DNA of 63,954 nt, counting the filler, from Reticulomyxa filosa (Eukaryota > Protista > Foraminifera), in NCBI GenBank assembly GCA_000512085.1. It is 23 parts of 23 records of this genome, joined end to end, with 100 filler letters (N's around TTAATTAATTAA, not from the genome) between each part and the next. Parts side by side here need not be neighbours in the genome. Positions count along the whole stretch, not along the records: positions 16,570 to 30,887 come from ASPP01026731.1; positions 30,988 to 33,924 come from ASPP01016401.1; positions 34,025 to 35,059 come from ASPP01019020.1; positions 35,160 to 37,476 come from ASPP01007664.1; positions 37,577 to 38,723 come from ASPP01025260.1; 18 more parts are not named here. One strand, given 5' to 3'. Under the pieces are notes generated by a model. The model did not search any database and was not told where the DNA came from. It worked only from the letters and a program-made list of their open reading frames with translations. A program made the translations under genes and the position numbers. Position 1 is the first letter of the stretch. Every line of letters starts with the position of its first letter. This document shows, one piece after another, positions 24,598 through 37,700 of the stretch.

Positions 24598-26047
24598 TTA
24601 ATTTTCAGGTGCAGAACGAGAAGTAGTTTTAATATGTTCGATTTCATCGGCAGTATCTTGCAGAGTGGGCATAAATTCAAGATCAGCAACAAGACACAAA
24701 TGGTCACTAGAATAGATAGCATTGGGGATAGGTGGGAAAAGACTAGCTTGAATGGCTTCCTGTTGGCATTCTGCATCGGCCTGGGGTCCATGTTCAGATT
24801 CGTTTTGTTGCTGATACGTAGTATCATGAGTATCTTTACCAAGCAATGGAGCCAGAGGGACGCGATGATAATTGAAGGTTCTTTGCCAAGGCATTTCCAA
24901 ATAACTGATAACGCGAAACGAGTCATTGACAAGTAAATAGTCCAAAGTGCCACAAAAGACGTCTTTTTTATGAGTGAAGCGCGGCTCATCCACTACTCCA
25001 TACACCGACTTCCAAGGGATTGGAATGGTCCATTCATGTTTCAAATTGTCCAACAACAGTCTCTCTTTTTCCAAATACCCATATTTCCAAAGCAATTGCG
25101 AATAGTAGCTATTTTCATTCGCGAATCTCCAATACTTTTCCAAGCATTCCTTCTCCGTCTTCGTCTCTTCTGTCCCTTTTCCTTGGTCACTCTTGTCTCC
25201 ACTTTCTTGCTCCTTCTTCTTCTCCTGCGCACGGTGCAAGTCCTCCGCAATACGCGAATACGCGTGGTCGCGATCAGTCCATGGCAACGTCCATTGCGTA
25301 AATATTTCATATCCACCACTTCGAAGGCCATCTTTTTGTTCGCCCCCCCCCCCCCATTTCGATATATTCAATATCTTTTCTTTATAATTGTGGCAAATGT
25401 GCAAGATATACATATACATATATATATATATATATGTATATTTATTTATTTATGTAATACCTTTTGGAATGTCGGGATCATACATGTCAGGAATACGTTT
25501 AATTGGTAAACAATTGGCATCCAATCCCAAAACGACAGGCACGTTTTCATTGTCCAACTTCCACACTTTTGTCATCAAATTATCGATGGCAACGGAGAGC
25601 AAGAAGCACTGAAGCGCTTTCACGTGCGGGTGCTTTGGGTTCCAATGCACGTGTGACGTGCATGCCACCAACTCTCTTTCTGTCGTAATGTGTTTCAAGT
25701 GCAATACGATTACAATGTCCGGACACTTTGTGAACAGCTTATAAAATAGGCTGTCTTGCAACACATTTTTTTTTTGTTTTTTTTCAGAGTCGTTTTTTTC
25801 GTCTTCTTTTGATGTCACCACGTCTCCGAAACACTCTTCCAACATACTGTCCTCGATCAACCCTTCGTTCTTACTTCGGTCCATCATCTCATTCAGCCGA
25901 ATCGTATACGTATGCAGTAACTCAAATTTATCCGATTTGAAGCAAATGCAATTCGAGTGGATATGGTCTTTCAATCTTGTTCCAGTGCTTTCTTCCACAT
26001 CTTGTCGCTCACGATAGCAAAACCACCTATATATACATATACATACA

Positions 26048-26087
<40 letters not shown>

Positions 26088-26652
26088 AAAAAAAAAAAGG
26101 GATGCATTGTTTAACATAATCGTAACTTGTGTATCCCAATGCTTTCAGTTCGTGTTTAAAGTTTAATTTGGTAGCGGGGTCATTGCCTGAATACATAAAT
26201 GATGTCATTTCTTGCAAACACAAAATATCAGCGTCATAGGCTTGGATCTCAGTCAACAGTCTTCGAATACGATATTCCCATGCTCGGTATTCCACTGGAC
26301 AGTATTTATATTGACCTTCTCCGAGACAATAATAAGGACCGTGTGCCAACAAATTGTATGTCATTACACGCACACATTGATTTGGAAGCTCTTTTTTTTT
26401 TGTGTCTGCTGTATTCACCAAATGTCTCGGAATCCCCACTTGAATAAATCGTCGTGAGTCCGTGTACAAATTTATTGCTTGTTGCTTTTGATACGCTGTT
26501 ATCAGCTTGTAGCTTATTCCCAACAACGCAACTGTTAATAGTGTCCATTGTGTGTACTTCTTCAACGCTACCGAAGAAGTTCCCGGAAGTTTTGAGGGAT
26601 TCTTTGTAGAGTCTGTTGAGGAAGATGATTGCGCAGATAGTATATTTCCCAT
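24598..26652 (-). CDS. CCR4/nocturnin/Angel/PDE12-family EEP phosphodiesterase, multi-exon
   Basis: VRVMTYNLLA, YDADILCLQE, TSHVHWNP, LGLDAN, GTLDYLL, YSSDHLCLVA. N-terminal MGNILS and a hydrophobic segment. Confidence 0.9.
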
Positions 26653-27160
26653 TTTGAATTTCAAAAGTTTTTCTCTTAGGTTTTTCCAATCAAGTTTTTT
26701 TTTGTATTCGAAACTATACTGAAACAAATTTAATTTCTGTCTTGAGGTTACACGGAATTGCATCATAAAGTTTCATCTTTTCCAATTTGCTCTCTATCCA
26801 TACAAACTAGTCATCCCCAATGCTATATATTCTAGTGACCATTTGCTACAAACAAAAGTCTCTCCTTGCAGTTCACTCATTTTAAGACAAGAGCATTTTT
26901 AAAATAAGTTTATATAAATTATTATTGAATACAATCAGACATTTTTGCGAAATAAATATTCTTTCAAGCGCACAATTTTTACATATTTTTGCTTCGATCA
27001 GAAAAAGAGGTTTTCTTAAAAACTTATCCTAAAGAAAAAAGTTAAAGACAAAATTGGCATTTCTTATCGACAATTGGCTTGTACAAAGAACAATTAACAC
27101 ACAATTAGCCTGCATTTGTTTGTCATCTTTACTAGAAAACTCTCGTCACCGTTGTACACC

Positions 27161-27502
27161 ATGGCAACAACAACGGCAACAACCAGTGCAAGCACAACAA
27201 CAGCAATGGACGCAACCACAATCACGGCCGACACAACAACAACAATGGCCACAACAACGGCAGACACAACAACAATTGACTCAACCACAACGTCCACACC
27301 AACAACAGCAATTACAAAAATTGCCACCACAACAATTGCAACAACAACCACCATTGCTGACACAACAACGACAATTGACACCAATCACAATGGCCACAAC
27401 AGCAGCAACCCGACCAGCGACGACAGTACTAGCAACAACAAAGTATTGGGAAAAAAAAAGAATTTGGTGGATGGTGTATTACCATTAGATATATGTGTAT
27501 GA
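27161..27502 (+). CDS. Thr-rich low-complexity ORF
   Basis: ATG-started ORF built of (M/I)ATTT/ADTTT units. No domain is recognisable. Confidence 0.3.
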   Translation: MATTTATTSASTTTAMDATTITADTTTTMATTTADTTTIDSTTTSTPTTAITKIATTTIATTTTIADTTTTIDTNHNGHNSSNPTSDDSTSNNKVLGKKKNLVDGVLPLDICV

Positions 27503-28999
27503 TAGCACTATGTGTGTATGTCAAATCTATTCATGTACTTATACGAATTATCACCATGTTATATATGCGAAATATATGAGTGGTTGGGCAAATTGACGCA
27601 AATATTGTATAATATATTTGTGATAGTATTTTATTTTATTATGGCCGCTGTATATATCTATGTTGGATACTTGGCCATATACAACATATATCATTTGTAG
27701 TTGAATTGGCCTGTAGTTAAGATTGTGTTACAAACAATGGTTGTTTGCACATATTTGGCTCAATTGAAGAGGAATATTTTCATATATGAATACGCATATC
27801 GCGTATGAAGATTATTATTGGTAGGTTGAGTTGTGGCAGATTAAGAAAAAAAAAGAAATCTTTTGGACTATTTTATTTATTATAATAATGTCATATAATA
27901 ATATAAATATAACTATGACTATCAACAAAAGAATAAAGATGACTTATTATTATATACACATGAATATCATAATATTGATATAAGAATATTTTATTTATTG
28001 AAGACACCAATTTTAAACACATTTTACGTCAAAATAGTTTTTTTTCCATTCAAGAATATCATCAAGTTGGAAAAATGATAACTTCGTTTGATGTGATTTA
28101 ATATCTTAATCATTAAAAACAATATGTATGATTCAATTATTGAAATTTGATTATGGTCAATGCCAATTTGAATACAACTACAAAAAAAAAGTATTTCATT
28201 ATGATTGCGAACATTATATCTTCTTGATTTATCGTATTTTCAAGAAAGCTGAATGTACATTAATTATTAGAATATGTTGAAACAAATAAAACTTCTTTTT
28301 TAAAATATAAATACGAATTTTTTATAATATTCTGCGATATACAAACATGGAAAAAAGATTCATCAAAATATATTATTAGTGTAGATTATGCAAAAAAAAA
28401 AGTAATCTTTAAATCATAAACTCACAACGGTAAAAAAAATCAAAGTGCCATGAATTTTGCCAACTTTTTTTAAGCATTTTCAAAAAATATTCAACAATAA
28501 ATGTTTTATACTAACTCTTTAAAAAATAACAAGATTTCGCAGTTTGTCGATTTTCAACCTCTCAGTGTTTATCCAGCACAAGGGGGAGAAGCTATTCCAC
28601 AGCATCAAGAGCTTTTATCACAGCCTGTGTATTCCTTTCAAAGTGAATATGAGAAGAATAAAACAAATCCGTAGTGATCAACTGACTAATTGTTTGTGTT
28701 TTTTTTTTATTAATTGTAGTTTCAAGTAATTTTATTGTATTAAAATACTTGTGTTTCATAGTTATTTTCCAGTAGATTTTGCAAAATATTTTTGTTGACA
28801 GATTTATGCAAATTTTAACAAATCGTGCACACTGATCTTTTTAAAATTTTTTTATTGAGTTTCATGAAGAGAAAGCCAAATTTGCGAAGGGAAAAAAAAA
28901 TCTGCTTCGTGGAATTGAAAAGAAACTGAGAATACGAGAGTATTTTTGTTTGTATTATTGTATTTGATTGGAATTATATGGACAATGATGGCATGTCAA

Positions 29000-29947
29000 T
29001 TAGTCTTTCTCTTTACTTTTTTCTTTTTCTTTTTCTTTGTTTCCATCTTCCAGCTCTTCTTCTTTTTTGATTTCCTCGACAATTTTTTCAATATCGGCTT
29101 CTTGCAGCTTTGAAAGGGCCTTTTTCTTTTCTAAAATGCCGACATCGATATTTTTAGCACCGTGTTCGACCACTTCCAACAGTGCTCGAATCGCCAACTT
29201 CACTGCCGCTTCAATTGTCAAATCGTCTGTGTAATGTTTCTCCAAAAATTCGTTTAACATTTTGTCCTGTCCATCACACCATTTTTTTTTTAAAATTATC
29301 AAAAAAGTCTACTTTACAACTACTTCAAAAAAAAAAAAAAAGATCAAACTTTTCTGCCGATGGCATTTGCCTTCCATTCGCTGTAAATGCCACTTGGCGT
29401 GGTTTGATAGAGCTGAACAGTTTTTCCATCGACGTTCCATCCACCGATGAGTGTGGACAGCCCAAAAGGCCTTCGTCCACCTCGCACTGTGTATTGCTGT
29501 TGCAATTCTGCTATATACGATGCTATGGAGTGCACCGGTGGGGCATCCTCGATTGTTAGGCGATAGCTTTGGCATTGTACGCGCGCGCGATTTATTAATA
29601 CACGGGCGTCTGCCGTCAATCCTGCGCATACTGCCACCAAGTGATCGTCCACCACTACGTGTGTATGTGATCCAATATTCATACCAAACAAAAATTTTCA
29701 TTTCGAGTTTGTTGGCTTATATCTTTTTTTTTTACCAAAAAAAAAAAATTTACCTAATATTTTGCGAAGGTTAGATCTTTTTTTGCAATTTTGCAGGACT
29801 TCGATTTTCTGCTGCGAATATGATCGCGTCTTTTGTTCGAATTGCCAGTGCCGCTGCACCTTGCTTTACTGCCTCCATTGCATATTCTACTTGAAATAGG
29901 TGTCCATCAGGTGAAAACACCGTAATCGCACGATCGTACCCAGACAT
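29000..29947 (-). CDS. PSMA7: 20S proteasome subunit alpha type-7 (alpha-4), 3 exons
   Basis: [63 protein letters not shown] introns. One extra base in a 7-nt homopolymer at ~29780. Confidence 0.95.
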
Positions 29948-30426
29948 GATTTTGCTTGATGAAATGAAATATCAACTTACTCCAAAAAGATGCTTCCCCC
30001 TTCTCGCAAGAACCCGTTGTCGTGCTTTAAGGCGCTATGTGTTTCTAAGCGTCCATACTTATATTCAATCGTTCTTTTGCCAGATCAGTTGAATCAAATG
30101 ATAAACTGTACTGCAATTATCACACACTCGTGTTGGTAGCGAAATCAATCCATTTAAATATTGATTGACCTTCAAAAACTCATCAATATTTGTTTATTGG
30201 AAACAGACAATACCCTAGAGTATAATTTGGTTCTCTTCGGATATAAGTCGCATATGGAGGACTAGCAAAGAACCAACCGGTTTCCATTTGCATATTTTCA
30301 AAACTTAGTGGTGGAAAAAAATATTTGAAACATCCAAAATTTTGTTTGATATCAAAAAATCAACAAAAAATTAAGAAAAAAAAAGTTGTCCATGCATGGA
30401 CAATAAAACTTTTTATTTTTACTCAT

Positions 30427-30873
30427 TTAGCAACAGTTTTTGGTCTGTGGATTTTTGCCAGGAGCAACTGAAATACCTTGATTGGCCGTTTTCACGGCAC
30501 CGCTACTTTCTCTGTTTGATTTTTCAAAACATTTTCCCATACACAGACGTATTCCACATAAATAGCAGTTTATTTTCAAAGACAAAAAAAAAGGAGGACA
30601 GTAATATATGTTTGCATTGCAAAGAAAAAAGAACCTGGCAACAATGAGTTGTTTGGCCATAGTCAAAAAGGCAGAATCAACATTGGCTGCATTTTTTGCA
30701 GAAGTTTCCAAAAAGGAAATTCCTAATTTGTTAGCGTAGCTTTGGGCCTCTGTCGAAGATACACGCTTTTCTTCGTTTAAATCTGCTTTGTTTCCGATCA
30801 ATAATTTCAACGTTGCATCGGAAGCATGTCTGTTAACTTCATTCAACCAGTCATCGACATGTTCAAATGACTC
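30427..30873 (-). CDS. RAB1: Rab1/Ypt1-like small GTPase, 5'-partial
   Basis: WLNEVNRHAS..KLLIGNKADL, FLETSAKNAANV, C-terminal CC, one intron. Confidence 0.85.
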   Translation of the reverse strand, partial: ESFEHVDDWLNEVNRHASDATLKLLIGNKADLNEEKRVSSTEAQSYANKLGISFLETSAKNAANVDSAFLTMAKQLIVARFFFLCNANIYYCPPFFLSLKINCYLCGIRLCMGKCFEKSNRESSGAVKTANQGISVAPGKNPQTKNCC

Positions 30874-30987
30874 CTAAAAAAAAAAAANNNNNNNNNNNNN
30901 NNNNNNNNNNNNNNNNNNNNNNNNNNNNNNNTTAATTAATTAANNNNNNNNNNNNNNNNNNNNNNNNNNNNNNNNNNNNNNNNNNNN

Positions 30988-31029
<42 letters not shown>

Positions 31030-31049
31030 GCAAAAAAAATATACGTATA

Positions 31050-31901
31050 CACACTCTTCAAACTTCTATTGTTGACTGCGATTGATTAGGATCATTACTT
31101 TCAGTTACATCAGTCGACAAAGCGCTCATGATCTCCTTCCAGGTCATGTTTTTCGTTTTCAATTGTTTAATTTCGGTTTCAATTTCTATCACATTTACAA
31201 AAAAAATACAAACTTTATCTTAGATTATGACTTTTTTTTTTTTTTTAATGAGAAAAGTACAAACTTTCATCTTCGTCTTGTTGTATTTTATTTTGATTAT
31301 TGCTCTGGACTTGCTCTTGTTTTTTCTCAGTGACTCTAACTATTGTCTTATCGTCTGTATCATATTTATATGTGCATATCGATCTTTTTCTTTGAGTGTG
31401 TCGTACAATATGTAATATTTTTCAAACTCACTTATTGCTTCCTCTTTTCTGTCGTCTTCATGCTCATTTTGCTGCTTAGCTGACTCCTGTGACTCCATGT
31501 TTAAAAAGTGGTTGTTTTGCCTTCTTCTTTCCTCCCTCTTTTCCCCCCCCCCCTCCATCCCTCTATATTCCAAAAAAATAAATTTTACCTGATTTGAGTT
31601 GTAAGTCAAGGACTGATTGCTAGGTTCATACGCGTTTTTAATATCATTGCCTTTCTTATCTGCCTGGATTTGGTTGGATACACTTTTGTTACTTTTATCG
31701 CTTTGACTGAGTACACTTTTATTGCTTGATCGACCACTGGAACTTTTATTCTATTTTATCATCGTCAACGAAGCAAGTGTACAACTTTTTTGTGAACAAA
31801 TGAATCCAAAAATGATACAGTATTACTTTTACTCTGTATTGGAGTTGTGGTCTTTTGCTGTGGGAAAAGTTATATTTGTTGCAATCGAATCCCGATTCCA
31901 T
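31050..31901 (-). CDS. Hypothetical Ser/Lys/Glu-rich protein, 3'-partial, multi-exon
   Basis: Coding-like segments (SSSGRSSNKSVLSQSDK..., ESQESAKQQNEHEDDRKEE) separated by homopolymer-rich introns. Boundaries are approximate. Confidence 0.3.
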
Positions 31902-32112
31902 AGAATATTCAAGTATTAAATAAAAGTCCCTGTATTTCGAACAGAGCTAAATTTTTAATCTTTTTTGGAAAACCATATTATTTGTATTTTTTTCAAAACC
32001 TAGCACTTTAGTTAGATTGTTATGAATGAAAAGCAAAAAATATACTCTTTAATTTGATCGGATCGTGACATTTCTTTTTCTCCCTCCCCCCTCTCTCCCG
32101 CGTATTTTTGAA

Positions 32113-33924
32113 ATGGACGGACTTACGAAATACTTCAATGAGAAAGGTAATGACAAAGATAGAATTCCAAACTTGCGAATTTCATATATGGTTGGAGGGA
32201 ATATTGAGGTGGAGTGGTCACCTCCAGAGTTCCCTTTAAAAATGTTTGGACACGATCTTACGAATCGAAGCAAATTTCAGAGTGAATTAGAATACAATGT
32301 ATGTCGACACAATCTGACAAAAACGAACCATTTGTCAAAAGAAGAGACATGTAAAGGTGAAATATTGTGTATGAGTATTTGTGAGAACGCAAGATATGAT
32401 CTTTTTGTGGAATGTACGCATCCGAAATTTGGGATTATTGCTCGATCTGACACCATTCAATTTTTCACAAGCAAACGTAAACAATTAATAATAATAATAA
32501 AATAATAATAATAAAAACAATATGAAAGATAACATGTATTACACATATATAAGATACTGTTTTTCGCTTGCAACGAATAGGAGAAGACACAGAAGAGCCC
32601 ACACCACCGGACCCGCCGTCGATGGCATATTTGACAATTAATAGAAATGAAAAGAAAAGTATATTGCAATGGAATTGTGCGAAAAAGTTTGTGAACAGAG
32701 CGTACTATGGATTGACATTAGAGGATGTGACAGAAGTGAGACAGGGGAAAAAAAAGCAGCGTGAGACCATGTTAGGAATGACGACCAATTGCGAAATGAC
32801 AATCGACTGGCAACGACTGCGTGCATTTTGCGAACGCAATGAAATCGACCTATCACAGCTCAGTCTGCCCCACTGCCCGTTGAAATTGAAAGTGCAAACC
32901 ATCACTGTTAACAAAAAAGAATGGATATGCTCTGAAAAAGTCCTTGTGCGTGTGCGAACTCAGCCTATTCACGTCGAAGGAGATCGATTGCATTTGCTGT
33001 CGAATGTTTTTCCTCTGGCAGAAGAAAAGTTTACCGTCGCAATTGTTCGAAACAAACACATACACACACAGCTGTTAGAGTCATATAAACATATATACAT
33101 ATACTTTAATATATATATTAAAGTATATGTATATATGTTTATATGATTTGAAAGGAAAGAAGACATGGACCATAATTTGTCATTACGTCGGGACTCACGT
33201 TTGGATTCTCGATTCAATGATATCGACAAAGTACTGTGCGATGAAGACGTAGCCATTGTGTTTGCAATTACTACAACGAATGATCGAAATCAGTTATTTT
33301 TGAAGAATTTCGGATGCAGTTTATCCTATATAAATATATGCATATATCATTTGTTTGGTAATGAAATAGAATCGAAAATGCACATACACAACAACAAATA
33401 GCGAACAAAAAAAAAGAGTCGAGTTCCAACACTGCACTCAAGGCAGCTCGGAATCAGGGTACTTGCATGTTGCCTCTTGGCATGTGGAATTTGCGCAGAT
33501 CTTGGGCCATTACTTCAATGTGATATCGGGCTCGTCAAACCAAGAGCACGTGAGCAACGAGGGACAGCACACGTTTTGTTTGGAAGAGGACGGAACGGAG
33601 TCGAAAGGGATGAGTCGATCGCCGAAACGCAGTCGATCCCAAAAACAGATGAATCAATCCCCTGTAAACGCACGACACACGTTGGTCCGAGTCATTTCGT
33701 TCACTAAACACGCACCGTCGATGAAAGTGCACTTTCTACCGATGGTAAAGCACCTGATCAAGTCGCTGAACACGTTGTTCAGCGGAGAACAAGTGCTTCG
33801 AGCAATCGAATACTTGGCGTTTGATTATTGCAAAAAAGACGCGTATTGCTTGAATGAACTGCAAGACTGGGTTACATCGTACTTTTCTAAAATGTTTTGC
33901 AAAGGAGTGGACGAAGCGAAAAGA
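32113..33924 (+). CDS. Hypothetical protein with fibronectin-III-like repeats, 3'-partial
   Basis: IEVEWSPP...Y...YDLFV and PDPP...SILQWN...YYGL...LKVQT resemble two FN3 modules. Several GT-AG introns. Confidence 0.45.
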
Positions 33925-34024
33925 NNNNNNNNNNNNNNNNNNNNNNNNNNNNNNNNNNNNNNNNNNNNTTAATTAATTAANNNNNNNNNNNNNNNNNNNN
34001 NNNNNNNNNNNNNNNNNNNNNNNN

Positions 34025-35059
34025 TATTTGATAAAAATAAATTAAAAATAAAATCATTACAACTTGGAAATCCAAACAAATCTTCTTTGGAATTCAATGT
34101 GACTATTCAATGGTATAATGACATCGACATCAATGATACACATGCTAAATGGACTTGTCTCATTCTCAATCATACTTGGCACTTCCGCACAGTTTATTGT
34201 GCACATGGAGATAGTTTATCAAATATTGTATCAGTTAATGAAAGCAAAAACATAAAATATCTTTATCGATTATCAATCATCAAATATAAATTATCAATTA
34301 TTTATTAATTGTTCAATTGTTAAATTTATTCAATTTTTACACTTATATTTCAAACACACAGGAGTTCAACTCTTTCCATGTCATTTGGAAAGATGATCTA
34401 AATAGAACACACAAAGAACCATTGAATCCATATTCAATCACTTTCAAACAAGGAATGCAACATGTACTATATCATTTACAAATGATGCATCATCTTGTAG
34501 ATGGAACCGATGAAGTAATATTATTTGAATGTGAATTTGACAAATGTAAACCAGCAATATCGTCGAAAGTGAATGACTCAGATGTATTATTACATGATAT
34601 TTACAAACATTTTCCTCATTATCCAGTTATTCAAGTACTTTGGAAAATAAAAGGACATTTCATGGTACCCTACAAACGTACAATTGATATTGAAAGAAAA
34701 ACTTTACCAAAAAATAATGAATTAGATATTGAATGTAATCCATCAAATCAAAAAACTAAATTTAATCCATTATTGTATGAATGTGATATTCACAAACTTA
34801 AAATGATTGGAGATAAAGTACACGTAAAATTGACAAGAAACAATGGATTACAAAAATTGTTACATGAAATAATAAAAAATAATTATTTGTGTAATTTGCT
34901 CAAAGAAAATGCAACAAATTTAATTGTTCATGAAAAAATCAAAAAACAAATTAACTATAATGAAGAAAATCCAAATGAATTGATATTAGATGATTCGATA
35001 TTAACAATATTAAAAGAATTGAAGATATTGTATCACGATGATATTCATAAACAAATGGG
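34025..35059 (+). CDS. Fragment of a lineage-expanded hypothetical protein
   Basis: Two long AT-rich coding exons, ending LKELKILYHDDIHKQMG at the contig edge. Confidence 0.55.
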
Positions 35060-35248
35060 NNNNNNNNNNNNNNNNNNNNNNNNNNNNNNNNNNNNNNNNN
35101 NNNTTAATTAATTAANNNNNNNNNNNNNNNNNNNNNNNNNNNNNNNNNNNNNNNNNNNNACTAAACAATGACAACAACAATAATAATAATAACAACAACT
35201 GGCGACCAATAATAATAATAATAATAACAACAACACTAAATCAAATTT

Positions 35249-37455
35249 GTGACTGTGCAGAAAATAATTCAAATGCAACAACCATGGACAAAAGAAATAT
35301 TGGGCAAATGTGGTGTAACTTTGTCCTCCTTTTTGGGCAGAACGCCTTGGGTTTTACCTGATGATACTGAAAAAAATCCAGCATTGCTGCATTTGCAAAC
35401 CATTTTAAATAAAAACCAATTGGACTTTGCAGTTACGTGGCAATGTACAAACTTTTTTTTTTTTTTTTTTTTTCCTTTTTATTTTGTCTTGTTCTGCAGC
35501 CATAAGTGTTCACAAACTTGCATGTAGAACGCACGTAACGTAGCAAAAGTAGCCAAAATATTACGAAGTCAACGACTAGTACTAACTGAGGTACTTCACA
35601 AAACATATAATATATGAGTATATTTATGTATATATTTTATGTGTGAAATATTTTTTTAAAAAAGAAATTATTGTTTAATTTTTTTTTTTTTTTAAACATA
35701 ACTTTGGGTTGAAATAGGATCATCCATGTCCAACGGTTCATTTTAGCGCAATAGATTTAACAGAAAAACAACTGTTTCCTTTGTTACAAGATATTGTTCC
35801 AAACGGAGTAAAATCTCTATTTTACAACGAACCCGTAATTACCATTGATCGTGTGAATGAAAGTGGAGATAAGAGTGCTCCCTCTGTAAGTGGTTATTGT
35901 GTCGTGCAATTTAAATCGACTGTATTGGCTGTTCGAGCATTATTGGCATTGAAATTGAAAGGGACTCAGTTTGATGCTGCCTTTGGACCACCCAAAGAAC
36001 CTGATCCCAAAGGAATGATCGGTGGCGACCACACCGCATTAATTGAGGGATTAATGCAAGTATCAACCCCAGACTGGCGTAAGAGCAGCAACGAACAAAA
36101 AGGAGATGAGGAAGAAAATGGTGGTGAAAATAACGGAGATGGAGGAGAAAATTTGGAAGATGATGATAATAAAGAATATCCAATATACTGGGTTGTGCTC
36201 GATGGGGACAACGTTGTTGGTTATGACAAAATGCACAACACCAATCCAACATTCACTTTGAGTTTGCAAGTTTAGTCGAGTTTTTTTTTAAAATTCATGT
36301 TTGACAAAAAAAAAAACAAACTTAACTGGCTGTACATAATGCATACACACATACAAACACATTCCAGGAAATTCAAGTTCGAAAAACAGGAGCTTGGACA
36401 ATGGATTTGATTGAACTAACCTCCAAACAAGAATATAATTTGAGATCGTCCAATCCACACTTGGTTGCGCTGTGGCACAAAGTTTTGATACATTGCCGAA
36501 ACAAACAATTGTTCAAACATGACATCAAATGAAAGATGAAACAATGCTTGCCTTGTGCTTGTTTTTGTACACTACAAAGATTTTAACAGAGGCTAAAGAA
36601 GGAAAAATCAAAATCAATGCAAAGACTTTGAGCGCAGAACAACGTAATTCCTCCACTACTCGTTGGATGAATTTTGAATGTTGGCTTTCCAAAAAAGAGT
36701 TGCCTGTATGTGGATTATATTCACCTGATGGACACAAATGGTTTGCAGATCGCAAAATGTTAAATCAGTATGTCAGGAAATGTCTGAACAAGAATCAATT
36801 AGATCAAATTACCACCCGTTTCACTGTGTCCGATTTGAAAGATATTTTGCCCCAAGAAATATTCCAAGACTATGGTGAAAGAGCACTGAAAGAATTGATT
36901 GAGAAATCCCAAACCTTTTGCAAATGTCCAGCATGCTCAACACCTTTTGAATTGGATGCCACTCCATTAGGTAAATTGACCCCAGAAGAAGAAACGACGT
37001 TGACAAAATTGAAAGACGAAGATGGAAAAACAATCTCAGAGACAGGTAATAAAAGCATAAAAAAGATAATATTTGTATTTTTTAAAAAAAGGAAAATACA
37101 CCGTCAAAGCTTTGCAAAAAAAAAAAAAAACAAACAAAAAACATTGACATAAAACACTTGGGGATATAGGTCAAAAACATTATATGGAATTCCGTGTTCG
37201 TTGTCGCAATAATGAATGTGGAAAAGATTTTTGTCGCAATTGCTGGGAGCAACCTTATCATTTGGGCTTTGATTGTGAGCAATTTCGAAGCAAGCAAGAC
37301 GCACCAAAGTGTCGTTTTTGTTCAAAAGAGCTTAATCAATCAAATCGTATTACCAATCCTCCATCCAAGGCACTTGCTTCGGTATGCACTGATGAGTTAT
37401 GTGTAGAGCGAATGAAAATAGCATGTGCCAAGATGTTATCTTGCAATCATCCGTT
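35249..37455 (+). CDS. RRM-like + IBR-like + MYCBP2/PHR-type Cys-rich E3 ligase, partial, multi-exon
   Basis: GYCVVQFKSTVLAVRAL (RNP1-like); CPAC...CRNNECGKDFCRNCWEQPYHLGFDC (IBR); CRFC...SVCTDELCVERMKIACAKMLSCNHP (pre-RING region of MYCBP2). Confidence 0.7.
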
Positions 37456-37700
37456 AAGTCAAAAAAAAAAAAAAAANNNNNNNNNNNNNNNNNNNNNNNN
37501 NNNNNNNNNNNNNNNNNNNNTTAATTAATTAANNNNNNNNNNNNNNNNNNNNNNNNNNNNNNNNNNNNNNNNNNNNTTTTTTTTTTTTTTTTTGTATGTA
37601 TATAAATATAAATATAAAAAATAAATAAATATATATTTATTTATTTATTTTTACATTTATATTTAGTGTTTTTATTAAAATTTCTAATTTCTTTTATGAG

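Noticed and set aside
29770-29790. Frameshift with an early TAA in the proteasome alpha-4 gene, as possible programmed frameshifting
   Set aside because: Removing one base from a 7-nt homopolymer restores the conserved KLQxxxxxRKI spacing. A homopolymer sequencing error is far more likely, and the same applies to UNC-93 at ~12733.
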